In this document: piece after piece, positions 9,366-18,177 of the stretch
Layout of the letters: every line of letters starts with the position of its first letter
How positions within the stretch are numbered: position 1 is the stretch's first letter
From: an uncultured Alphaproteobacteria bacterium
GTDB lineage: Bacteria > Pseudomonadota > Alphaproteobacteria > HIMB59 > GCA-002718135
Direction: 5' to 3'
Assembly (NCBI GenBank): GCA_902602845.1
Contig: CACKSN010000002.1
Coordinates: forward strand, 11,303-75,302
DNA length: 64,000 nucleotides
Notes under the pieces: generated by a model
Databases searched by the model: none
The model's input: only the letters and a program-made list of their open reading frames with translations
What the model was told of the DNA's origin: nothing
Made by a program: the position numbers and the translations under genes

Positions 9366-10314
9366 TTCAAAAGCTCATATATGGTTTATTGCACCAGCAA
9401 TAATACTGATGATAATTATTTTAATTTTTCCTCTTTTTCTTGCAGGAGGAATTTCTTTTACTGACTATAATTTAGGAAACAAAACATTCGAGTGGGTTGG
9501 ACTAGAAAATTATGACAAAATGTTCAATCGCAAAACATATGTCAAAATGATTTGGGCCACAGCGACGTATGTTATTGTTGTCGTTCCAATTTCTGTTGTA
9601 CTTGGATTATGTGCTGCTATGCTCTTAAATTCACTAAGGTTTGGCGCTGATATATATAAAACAATTTTCTTTCTTCCAGTTATGGCTACTCTTCTTGCAA
9701 TGGCGATTGCATGGGAATTTACTCTTCATCCAACATTAGGAATCGTAAATAGTTTTTTAGCAAATGGGTGTGGAGGAGTTAGAGAATTCATTCTTGGTTT
9801 TCATTGGTTACCTTGGGTAGACTCTCAAGAAAGCTGGTATGCAGTGGCGTGTGCAAACAACATGGATTTTCCATATTGGTTAAAACAAAAAAATACTGCG
9901 ATTTGGACAGTATGTTTCATAGGAATTTGGCAGGCTTTTGGTTTTAATATGGTTTTATATTTAGCTGGCTTAACAAGTATACCAAGGGAGTTATACCAAG
10001 CTGCAGAAATGGATGGAGCAAAATCCACATGGGAACAATTTAAACTTGTTACATGGCCAATGCTTGGTCCAACAACGTTGTTTGTTGTCACTATTACTAC
10101 CATTAGAACATTTCAAGTATTTGATACCATCGAAATACTTACTAAAGGTGGTCCATCAAAAACAACGTATGTCATGATGTATGCAATCTTTGAAAAAGCT
10201 ATTCAACAAAACTTAACAAGTATCGGTGCAGCAATCACTGTCGTCTTTATTGGGTTTATTCTTGTGTTAACGTTTTTCCAAAGATATGTCATTGAGAAGA
10301 GGGTTCATTATTAA
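9358..10314 (+). CDS. CUT1 ABC transporter permease, UgpA/MalF-like
   Basis: About six TM segments and an EAA loop (ELYQAAEMDGA). Confidence 0.9.
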   Translation: MHNSKAHIWFIAPAIILMIIILIFPLFLAGGISFTDYNLGNKTFEWVGLENYDKMFNRKTYVKMIWATATYVIVVVPISVVLGLCAAMLLNSLRFGADIYKTIFFLPVMATLLAMAIAWEFTLHPTLGIVNSFLANGCGGVREFILGFHWLPWVDSQESWYAVACANNMDFPYWLKQKNTAIWTVCFIGIWQAFGFNMVLYLAGLTSIPRELYQAAEMDGAKSTWEQFKLVTWPMLGPTTLFVVTITTIRTFQVFDTIEILTKGGPSKTTYVMMYAIFEKAIQQNLTSIGAAITVVFIGFILVLTFFQRYVIEKRVHY

Positions 10315-11207
10315 TGGAAGCTAAACAATATATTGGGGAAGGTTGGAAGCATGCAATCTTAATTATTGGGGCAATCGTAGTGATGCTCCCTTTTTATATG
10401 ATGGTTTCTATGTCATTAAAGTCTCAGCAAGAAATCCAATCAATATCTGGCGGTCTTATTGGTGCGCAAGAAACTCAAACGTTTCCCGTATGTGTTAAAA
10501 CTGGTTATTCAGAAGAAACATGTACAATGAAACCATATCAATACAACTATTGGTTTGCTTTTGAAAAAGCTCCTATTCCTAGATACTTAATGAATGGTGT
10601 CATTGTTACTTTATCAATCTTCATCATTCAGGTTCTTGTTGCCTTACCGTGCGCCTATGCACTCGCCAAGTTGCGGTTTTACGGGCGAGAGTTTGTTTTC
10701 TCGATGGTTTTATTTTGTTTGCTCATACCAGTACACGGAATTGCGCTTCCATTGTATGTTATGTTGGCCCAGGCAGGATTAGTTGACACCTATTCCGCCT
10801 TAATACTCCCCTGGACAATATCGGTGTTTGGAATCTTTTTAATGCGGCAATTCTTTATGACGGTACCAGATGAATTAATTGATGCCGCCAGGATGGATGG
10901 TATGGGAGAGTACGCTATCGTATGGAAAGTAATGCTTCCAACTGCAATACCAGCGTTACTTGCTTTTGCAATATTCTCAGTTGTTGCACACTGGAATGAT
11001 TATTTCTGGCCTCGAATGGTAATAACAGGAAATAGAGATCTCTTTACGCCACCACTTGGTATAAGAGAATTCAGAGGCGGAATTGATAGTGATGAATTTG
11101 GTCCTATGATGGCTTCGATAGTTACAGTAACCGTTCCTCTAATTGTTGCTTTTATAATCGCGCAAAAACGATTTATTGAAGGAATTACTTTGACAGGCAT
11201 GAAGTAA
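10314..11207 (+). CDS. CUT1 ABC transporter permease, UgpE/MalG-like
   Basis: PDELIDAARMDG, WNDYFWP and QKRFIEGITLTGMK motifs. Confidence 0.9.
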   Translation: MEAKQYIGEGWKHAILIIGAIVVMLPFYMMVSMSLKSQQEIQSISGGLIGAQETQTFPVCVKTGYSEETCTMKPYQYNYWFAFEKAPIPRYLMNGVIVTLSIFIIQVLVALPCAYALAKLRFYGREFVFSMVLFCLLIPVHGIALPLYVMLAQAGLVDTYSALILPWTISVFGIFLMRQFFMTVPDELIDAARMDGMGEYAIVWKVMLPTAIPALLAFAIFSVVAHWNDYFWPRMVITGNRDLFTPPLGIREFRGGIDSDEFGPMMASIVTVTVPLIVAFIIAQKRFIEGITLTGMK

Positions 11208-11221
11208 ATTCTTATCTACTG

Positions 11222-12070
11222 ATGACATTGTCAGTAAATTTTATTTTTATCTTAATTCTTGTATCTGCTCTATGTCATGCAGTTTGGAGTGCTATAATTA
11301 AATCAAGTAAGAACCCTTTATCCTTAATGGGTATAACATCTGTCTTAGAAGTTACTATTTTTTTACCTTTAACATTTACTGTACCATTTCCTACTTTAGA
11401 GGTTTGGTATTTTTTAATTGCAACCGTAATCATTCATGTTATTTATAGATTGAATGTAATTTATTCTTATAGATACGGAGATCTTTCGTACATATACCCA
11501 ATTTCTAGAGGAAGTTCGTGTCTGTTTGTTGCAATCATCAGTATTTTATTTTTAAGTTCCAATATTAGTGTTGCTGGTTTTGTTGGAATATTAATTGTAT
11601 GTATTGGATTATTTTTAATTTCTTATTCTAAAAATTTATCTTTTAACTTCAGAGGTTTTGCTCTTGCGATATCAACAGCTATTCTAATTACTGCTTACAC
11701 TTTAGTTGACGGGGTCGGGGTTAGATTTTCTGAAAATGGATTTTCCTATATTTACTGGCTCTTCACACTTAATGGAATACCTTTGCTAATTATTGGTTTG
11801 ATCTCGAAAGATGGTTTACGAAAAAGAAAAACATACACTTTTAGATCTGGGATTGCTGCTGGTATATTTGCAACAAGTAGTTACGCAATTGTTGTTTGGA
11901 GTATGCAATTTATAGAAATAGCTTATGTCTCTAGTATTAGAGAAATAAGCATTGTGTTTGCTACTATTATTGGAATGCTTTTCTTATTTGAGAAGAATGC
12001 AAAATCTAGGATAATACCTTCTATTTTAATAGTGAGTGGTATTTCGGTTGTTTATTTTCAAATTCTATAA
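11222..12070 (+). CDS. EamA/DMT membrane protein, phosphonate-utilisation-associated type
   Basis: About 10 TM segments. SALCHAVW, GDLSYIYPISRG, YTLVDG and SSIRE resemble the TIGR03340-like subfamily. Confidence 0.75.
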   Translation: MTLSVNFIFILILVSALCHAVWSAIIKSSKNPLSLMGITSVLEVTIFLPLTFTVPFPTLEVWYFLIATVIIHVIYRLNVIYSYRYGDLSYIYPISRGSSCLFVAIISILFLSSNISVAGFVGILIVCIGLFLISYSKNLSFNFRGFALAISTAILITAYTLVDGVGVRFSENGFSYIYWLFTLNGIPLLIIGLISKDGLRKRKTYTFRSGIAAGIFATSSYAIVVWSMQFIEIAYVSSIREISIVFATIIGMLFLFEKNAKSRIIPSILIVSGISVVYFQIL

Positions 12071-12105
12071 GGAAAAAATGTAGACTTTTTGCACGAAAAT
12101 TTTAT

Positions 12106-12276
12106 ATGAATTTTATGACTGAGGATATTGTCGAAGTAGATCCAAAAACTGAAACTATCTCTTGCGATGGTGGTGAAGATGGTTTAGGACATCCCGCAGT
12201 TTATTATACTTTCAATAATGATAACAGAATTGTTTGTGGTTATTGTGGTAAAATATTTATAAAAAAAGAACAGTAA
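12106..12276 (+). CDS. Small zf-CHCC zinc-finger protein (NDUFS6-like); not in the ORF track
   Basis: Hand translation: MNFMTEDIVEVDPKTETISCDGGEDGLGHPAVYYTFNNDNRIVCGYCGKIFIKKEQ*, with the CDGG..LGHP.VY...CxYC signature. Alternative start at 12115. Confidence 0.85.
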   Translation: MNFMTEDIVEVDPKTETISCDGGEDGLGHPAVYYTFNNDNRIVCGYCGKIFIKKEQ

Positions 12277-12278
12277 AA

Positions 12279-12632
12279 ATGTATAAAGAATCTTGGGGTC
12301 AAAAAAGAATTTGTCCAATGTGTAGTAAGCAATACTACGACCTGGGAAGAACGGAACTGGAATGTCCAGAATGTGGTAAACTAATTGAAGTAACTACAAT
12401 GACCAGACCAAGACGTGGTAGAAAACCTGGTAGTACTAATGCTGCCCCTCTAACAAATCCTATTCCTGCAAAACCAAAAGAAAAAGATGATGATCTTGAT
12501 ATCGATAATTTGGATTTGGATAACAACGATGATAATCTTGAGGATGATACTGTTTTATTAGAAGACGAAACAGAAATTGATCCAATAGCCGAAGGTATTA
12601 AGCCTAAAGAAGACGGCGAAGAAGAATACTAA
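12279..12632 (+). CDS. FYDLN acid domain protein (TIGR02300 family)
   Basis: WGQKRICPMC..YYDL....CPECG followed by an acidic tail. Confidence 0.85.
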   Translation: MYKESWGQKRICPMCSKQYYDLGRTELECPECGKLIEVTTMTRPRRGRKPGSTNAAPLTNPIPAKPKEKDDDLDIDNLDLDNNDDNLEDDTVLLEDETEIDPIAEGIKPKEDGEEEY

Positions 12633-12654
12633 AATTTCAATAAAAATTTAGAAG

Positions 12655-13902
12655 ATGTTTAAGGTACTACAAAACACTTGGGCCCTTTTTTTTGGCTTTG
12701 CTCTAATTAGTCTTGGTCATGGATTGCAAGGAACACTAATCGGTGTGCGTTCTGTTTTAGAAGGTTTTAGTTTTTTTGCATCAGGACTTATTATAGCTGG
12801 TTATTACGTTGGATACTTAACTGGCGCATTAACAATTCCAATATTTTTACAACGTGTTGGTCATATAAGAGTTTTTGCTGCTTTAGCATCGCTTGCTTCT
12901 ATCGCTATATTATTACACTCAATATTTGTTCATCCGTATTCATGGATGTTTATACGAATATTAACTGGTTTAAGTCTTGCTGGAATTTATGTGATCATGG
13001 AAAGTTGGTTGAATGAAAAATCAACTAATCAAACTCGCGGTCAATTACTTTCTGTTTACATGATTATTACTTTTGTATTCGTTGGGGCAGGACAATTTTT
13101 ATTAAATTTAGGTGATCCAGCTAAAGTTGATTTATTTATTTTAGTATCAATCTTATTATCATTTGCACTTCTTCCTATTCTTTTATCTTCAACAGAACAA
13201 CCTAGTACAGAAAGTCCTAAATTTTTTTCTTTAAGAGAATTTTATAGTGTTTCACCTTTAGGTTTTGTTGGTGCCTTAGCAACTGGTTTATCGCATAGTG
13301 CAGTTTTTGGATACGGTGCAATTTATGCATCATCTATTAGTTTAAGCTTATTTGAAATTTCTCTGTATATGATGATTATAACGTCAGCTGGCGCCCTATC
13401 TCAATGGCCTATTGGATATTTGTCAGATAGAATTGATAGACGTATTATTCTTATTGGTGTTTCTTTTATGGCTTCAGGTTTGAGTTTATTTTTTGTTTTT
13501 GCAAATTTTATGCCGCTAGCATTATTCTTAATTTTTACTGGTCTTTTCTCTATTGCATGTTTACCAATGTATTCACTTACGGTTGCGCATACAAATGACT
13601 TCTTACAACCTAATGAGATAGTATCAGCAAGTGCAACCTTTGGTATACTTATTGGCATTGGATCAATTATCGGACCTTTGTTTGTTTCTAGTTTCATGGA
13701 AATTTTAGGAGCGGTAGGTTTTTACATCTATTTATTTTTAATACATGGACTGCTAGGACTTTTTGGTTTGTATAGAATGACACAAAGAATTAAACCACGT
13801 GATCTTGAATCACAATACAATCCTTTACCACGAAATATTAGTCCTGCCGGTATGGAAATGAATCCAGTTACTGAGCCAACTGAGGACGAGAAAGTCTTTT
13901 AA
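12655..13902 (+). CDS. MFS transporter, YcaD-like
   Basis: About 12 TM segments with RVGHIRVFAA, ESWLN, QWPIGYLSDRIDRR and AHTND motifs. Confidence 0.85.
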   Translation: MFKVLQNTWALFFGFALISLGHGLQGTLIGVRSVLEGFSFFASGLIIAGYYVGYLTGALTIPIFLQRVGHIRVFAALASLASIAILLHSIFVHPYSWMFIRILTGLSLAGIYVIMESWLNEKSTNQTRGQLLSVYMIITFVFVGAGQFLLNLGDPAKVDLFILVSILLSFALLPILLSSTEQPSTESPKFFSLREFYSVSPLGFVGALATGLSHSAVFGYGAIYASSISLSLFEISLYMMIITSAGALSQWPIGYLSDRIDRRIILIGVSFMASGLSLFFVFANFMPLALFLIFTGLFSIACLPMYSLTVAHTNDFLQPNEIVSASATFGILIGIGSIIGPLFVSSFMEILGAVGFYIYLFLIHGLLGLFGLYRMTQRIKPRDLESQYNPLPRNISPAGMEMNPVTEPTEDEKVF

Positions 13903-14473
13903 ATATTCTGTGAAGTAACAAAAGAATAATTATTCCCATATAAATAACTGGTTCAGTTTTATCAGCGCGAACTAAAACATAAAAATGCATACTAGCTAGA
14001 ATAGCTACAGGATATATTAAGTAATGAATTTTCTTCCACAATTTAAAACCTAATTGCTTAATCATATTGTTCGTTGAAGTGCTAGCAAGCGGGATTAAAA
14101 ATAGAAAACTAATAAAACCAAAAGTTATAAAAGGTCTTTTTATAATATCTTGTATGATAAATTGTATATCTAAGAAATGATCTAAAACGATGTAAGTAGA
14201 GAAATGTAAACAGACATAATAGAAAGCAAAAAGACCAATCATTCTTCGTAAGACAACTATCGATTTTAAAGTTTTAATATTTGATAGACTACTTATTATA
14301 AGAGTTATTATTATTAATCTGAGTGCCATCAGACCTAACTCATCCATTAGCTTTTCAATTGGATTTACTCCAAGATTCCCAGTAACAAATTGATATGCCC
14401 AGAGTAGACTAGGAAATAGAATTAAAATAAATAAGACGGGCTTACTGCGATTAAAATTTCTTGTTGAAAACAT
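13868..14473 (-). CDS. msrQ: Methionine sulfoxide reductase heme-binding membrane subunit
   Basis: LGVNPIE, RRMIGL, YVCLH, KRPFIT, PLASTS and WKKIHYLIY motifs; lies downstream of msrP. Confidence 0.9.
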   Translation of the reverse strand: MFSTRNFNRSKPVLFILILFPSLLWAYQFVTGNLGVNPIEKLMDELGLMALRLIIITLIISSLSNIKTLKSIVVLRRMIGLFAFYYVCLHFSTYIVLDHFLDIQFIIQDIIKRPFITFGFISFLFLIPLASTSTNNMIKQLGFKLWKKIHYLIYPVAILASMHFYVLVRADKTEPVIYMGIIILLLLHRIFKRLSRPQLAQ

Positions 14474-14476
14474 TCA

Positions 14477-15394
14477 TTAATAAAATTTAGTCAAATCTAA
14501 ATCTTTATAGAGATGTGCTACTTCTTCTTCATATCCATTAAACATAAGTGTTTCTCTTCTTTTAAACTCTCCAATTCGTCTCTCTGTTCCTTGACTCCAT
14601 CTTGGATGGTTAACATTGGGATTAACATTAGCATAAAAACCATATTCCCAAGGAGCTAGAGTTTCCCAGGATGTTTCGGGTTGTGTATCTAAAAATCTAA
14701 TTTCCACAATTGATTTAATTGATTTGAAACCATACTTCCATGGCACAACTAATCTTATAGGTGCGCCATTTTGATTAGGCATTTCATGACCATACAATCC
14801 AGTTGCTAATATTGTTAGAGGATTCATTGCTTCATCCATTCGAAGTCCTTCTCTATATGGCCAAATGATTGTTCTTTTTTGCTGACCTGGCATTTCTTCT
14901 GGTCTAAATACAGTTACGAACTGAACAAATTTTGCTGAACTTAGAGGTTCAGCCATTTTTATAAGTTCTGATAATTGAAAACCCTGCCAAGGAATAACCA
15001 TGGACCACGCCTCAACACATCTTAATCGATATACTCTATCCTCTATTGTTACATTTGATAAAATTTTTTCTAAGTCAAATGTTTGAGGTTTTTTCACAAG
15101 ACCGTCTATTTTTATAGACCATGGCCTAGGCTGAAAATTTCCAGAGTTTAAATGAGGGTGTTTTTTATGGGTGCCAAATTCATAAAAATTATTATAGGTT
15201 GTAATTTCTTCATAAGAATTAAGTTTATCATTCTCATTTAAATTTTTATTATAAATTGAAAGATCGCTATCATGATTTGCAAAAGCTGATGATGATACTG
15301 TTGCCAACAAGGCGCTTGCTAATGAGCCCTTAATAAACTTTCGTCTGTTTAAGTAGGTTTTATATGGAGTAATTTCAGAGCCTAAAATCTTCAT
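14477..15394 (-). CDS. msrP: Periplasmic molybdo-methionine sulfoxide reductase catalytic subunit
   Basis: Tat motif NRRKFIK plus TYNNFYEFG, RLRCVEAWSMVIPW, QNGAPIRLVVPWKYGFKSIKSI and HPRWSQ. Confidence 0.93.
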   Translation of the reverse strand: MKILGSEITPYKTYLNRRKFIKGSLASALLATVSSSAFANHDSDLSIYNKNLNENDKLNSYEEITTYNNFYEFGTHKKHPHLNSGNFQPRPWSIKIDGLVKKPQTFDLEKILSNVTIEDRVYRLRCVEAWSMVIPWQGFQLSELIKMAEPLSSAKFVQFVTVFRPEEMPGQQKRTIIWPYREGLRMDEAMNPLTILATGLYGHEMPNQNGAPIRLVVPWKYGFKSIKSIVEIRFLDTQPETSWETLAPWEYGFYANVNPNVNHPRWSQGTERRIGEFKRRETLMFNGYEEEVAHLYKDLDLTKFY

Positions 15395-15480
15395 ATTTTA
15401 AATATATATTAATAAATCTAAAATTGTAGTAATGTTAAGAACATCTTTATCAAATCCATTTAAATTGTTAGTGTAAATAT

Positions 15481-17271
15481 ATGAAAAATCTTTCGATCTT
15501 ACTACTTAGTTTTTTCTTATTTTTATTACCTTTAAAGCTAGCTTCTGCAGAAAAAGTTCATGGAATTGCAATGCATGGCACGCCAAAATATAGCAGTGAC
15601 TTTACATACTTAGATTATGTAAATCCAAATGCACCTAAAGGTGGTACTGTAAAATTTGGATCCTATGGTTCTTTTGATAATCTTAATAGAGTTGCTTTTA
15701 AAGGCTCTAAAGCAGCTGGTCTTGGCTATGTTAATGATACGTTAATGAGAAGAGTGTGGGATGAAGCATTCTCTCTCTATGGTTTAATAGCTGAAAAGGT
15801 GGAATTACCTGAAGATAGATCGTCTATAACTTTTTATTTAAATTCAAAAGCAACATTTCATGATGGTTCATCAATTACACGTGATGATGTATTGTTTAGT
15901 CTAGAAACGTTTCAAACAAAAGGTACTCCAAATCAGAAAAAAACTTATGGCAAAGTTATTAAAACTGAATTGATTGGAAATGATGGAATAAAAATGATTT
16001 TTGAGAATAATGAAGATAAAGAATTACCCCTTATTATTGCAGGCTTTCTTCCTATCATTCCAAAAAAGTTTTATGAAAATCTCGATGTAACTAAAACATT
16101 TTTGGATATTCCTCTTGGTAGTGGTCCATACCAAGTTGATAGTCTTGATCCAGGACGTCAAATTAAATACAAACGTGTTGAAAATTACTGGGCAAAAGAT
16201 TTACCAGTAAATAAAGGTCTCTATAATTTTGATACAATAATTTATGATTATTACAAAGACTCAAATGTCTTAGTTGAAGCTTTTAAAGTTGGCGAATACG
16301 ACTTTAGGAGAGAGTACAACGTTAAACGTTGGTTATCAGAATATAATTTCAAAGCTGTCCAAAATGGTGAGGTAATACTTTCAGAAATGAATAATGATAG
16401 ACCAGTTGGAATGAATGGTCTTGTGATGAACACAAGACGCGACATATTTAATAATAGAAATGTAAGACTTGCCTTAAGTTATGCTTATGATCATGAATGG
16501 ATTAATAAAACCATCTATCAAAATGCATATGTAAGAACAGATAGTTATTTTGATAATTCACCATTAGCTTCCTCAGGTTTACCCTCCAAAGAAGAATTAG
16601 AGTTATTAAATGTTTGGAAAGATCAAATTCCAACAGAAGTATTTACAGAAACATTTATACCTCCTGTAACAGATGGAAGTGGTAATGATCGTAAAAATTT
16701 ATTGAAAGCAAAAGAAATACTCGAAAAAGAGGGATGGTTTGTTGAAAATGGTAAACTCATTAAAGATGGAAAGGAATTCAAGTTTGAGTTCTTAATTGTA
16801 AGCCCATCTGATGAGAAGATTGCCTTAGCCTATCAAAGTAATTTGAAAAAACTTGGTATAACAATGAATGTTAGGACTGTCGATTCATCGCAGTATCAAG
16901 AACGTCTCTTAAGTTATGATTTTGATATGATTAAAAGATACTGGGGCGTTAGTTTAAGCCCAGGAAACGAGCAACAATTTTATTGGGGATCAGAAGTTGG
17001 TCAAAAAGATGGAAGTAGGAATTATCCTGGTATTAATAGTCCTGCTGTTGATGCAATGATTGAAAAACTTATTAATGCAGAAAATAGAGAGGAATTAACA
17101 ACTGCAATTCACGCTCTAGATAGGATATTATTATGGGGTCATTATGTGATTCCTCTTTATCATAGCAACAAGGACAGAATGGCTTATTGGGATTTTTTTG
17201 AATACCCTAATGAAATTCCACTTTACGGAATTGTAATTGAGTCCTGGTGGATAAATAAAGATAAACAATAA
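15481..17271 (+). CDS. Peptide ABC transporter substrate-binding protein, YejA-like (family 5)
   Basis: HGIAMHGTPKY...YVNPNAPKGG, PLGSGPY, YWAKDLPVN and ALDRILLWGHYVIP motifs. Confidence 0.85.
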   Translation: MKNLSILLLSFFLFLLPLKLASAEKVHGIAMHGTPKYSSDFTYLDYVNPNAPKGGTVKFGSYGSFDNLNRVAFKGSKAAGLGYVNDTLMRRVWDEAFSLYGLIAEKVELPEDRSSITFYLNSKATFHDGSSITRDDVLFSLETFQTKGTPNQKKTYGKVIKTELIGNDGIKMIFENNEDKELPLIIAGFLPIIPKKFYENLDVTKTFLDIPLGSGPYQVDSLDPGRQIKYKRVENYWAKDLPVNKGLYNFDTIIYDYYKDSNVLVEAFKVGEYDFRREYNVKRWLSEYNFKAVQNGEVILSEMNNDRPVGMNGLVMNTRRDIFNNRNVRLALSYAYDHEWINKTIYQNAYVRTDSYFDNSPLASSGLPSKEELELLNVWKDQIPTEVFTETFIPPVTDGSGNDRKNLLKAKEILEKEGWFVENGKLIKDGKEFKFEFLIVSPSDEKIALAYQSNLKKLGITMNVRTVDSSQYQERLLSYDFDMIKRYWGVSLSPGNEQQFYWGSEVGQKDGSRNYPGINSPAVDAMIEKLINAENREELTTAIHALDRILLWGHYVIPLYHSNKDRMAYWDFFEYPNEIPLYGIVIESWWINKDKQ

Positions 17272-17292
17272 TATAAGTTAATCAAAATTTTT

Positions 17293-18177
17293 ATGAGTCA
17301 TACAAGAGCTAATATACTAATGTTAATTGCTTCACTTATTTGGGGTACAGCGTTCGTAAGCCAAACTACAGGGATGGGGGCAATAGGTCCTTTTACTTTT
17401 AGCTTTGGAAGATTCTTTTTTGCTTTTTTAACAGTAATTCCATTTGCTTTTTATCTAGAACAGCAAAATGTTTTAAAAATATTGAGTGATAGAAAAAAAA
17501 TTTATCTTTGTTTGGCTACAGGTTTTTTCCTTTTTGGTGGGATGGGTCTGCAACAATACGCTTTACAAAAATCATTAATATCAAATGCAGCCTTTCTTAG
17601 TACTCTTTATGTTCCTTTTGTTGGTGTAATTTCAAGATTTATAATTAAAAAACAGGTGCACTGGATTATTTGGATTGCAATTTTACTTTGTTTATACGGA
17701 TCATATCTTTTGTCCTCTAATCAATCAGTTGAAATTCAACAATCAGATTCGCTCTTGTTTCTTGCTGCTTTATTTTTTGCCTTGCATATTATTTGTATTG
17801 ATATTTTTATAAAAGAACTCAACAGTCCCTTTTTATTTGGAAGTATTCAGTACTTTATTGTTTTTATTTTATCTATGATTTTAGCCTTCATGTGGGAGGA
17901 GCCCAAGCTCTCAAACATGCAGATTGAATGGTTTGAAATTTTATACACAGGAATTTTTTCTGCTGGTATTGGATATACACTTCAAATTATTGCTCAACAT
18001 AAAGCTAATCCTGCTCCAGCTGCTATTATTTTATCAATGGAGTCAGTCTTTGCTGCAATAGCAGGTTGGATACTTTTAAATCAAGTTTTAGACACACAAA
18101 AAATACTTGGATGTCTTGCAATATTTGTTGGAGTCATTATAGTACAATTAATACCAATTATAATTAAACAAAAATGA
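17293..18177 (+). CDS. DMT/EamA family transporter
   Basis: IWGTAFVSQ, LQQYAL and AAIILSMESVFA motifs; about 10 TM segments. Confidence 0.85.
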   Translation: MSHTRANILMLIASLIWGTAFVSQTTGMGAIGPFTFSFGRFFFAFLTVIPFAFYLEQQNVLKILSDRKKIYLCLATGFFLFGGMGLQQYALQKSLISNAAFLSTLYVPFVGVISRFIIKKQVHWIIWIAILLCLYGSYLLSSNQSVEIQQSDSLLFLAALFFALHIICIDIFIKELNSPFLFGSIQYFIVFILSMILAFMWEEPKLSNMQIEWFEILYTGIFSAGIGYTLQIIAQHKANPAPAAIILSMESVFAAIAGWILLNQVLDTQKILGCLAIFVGVIIVQLIPIIIKQK

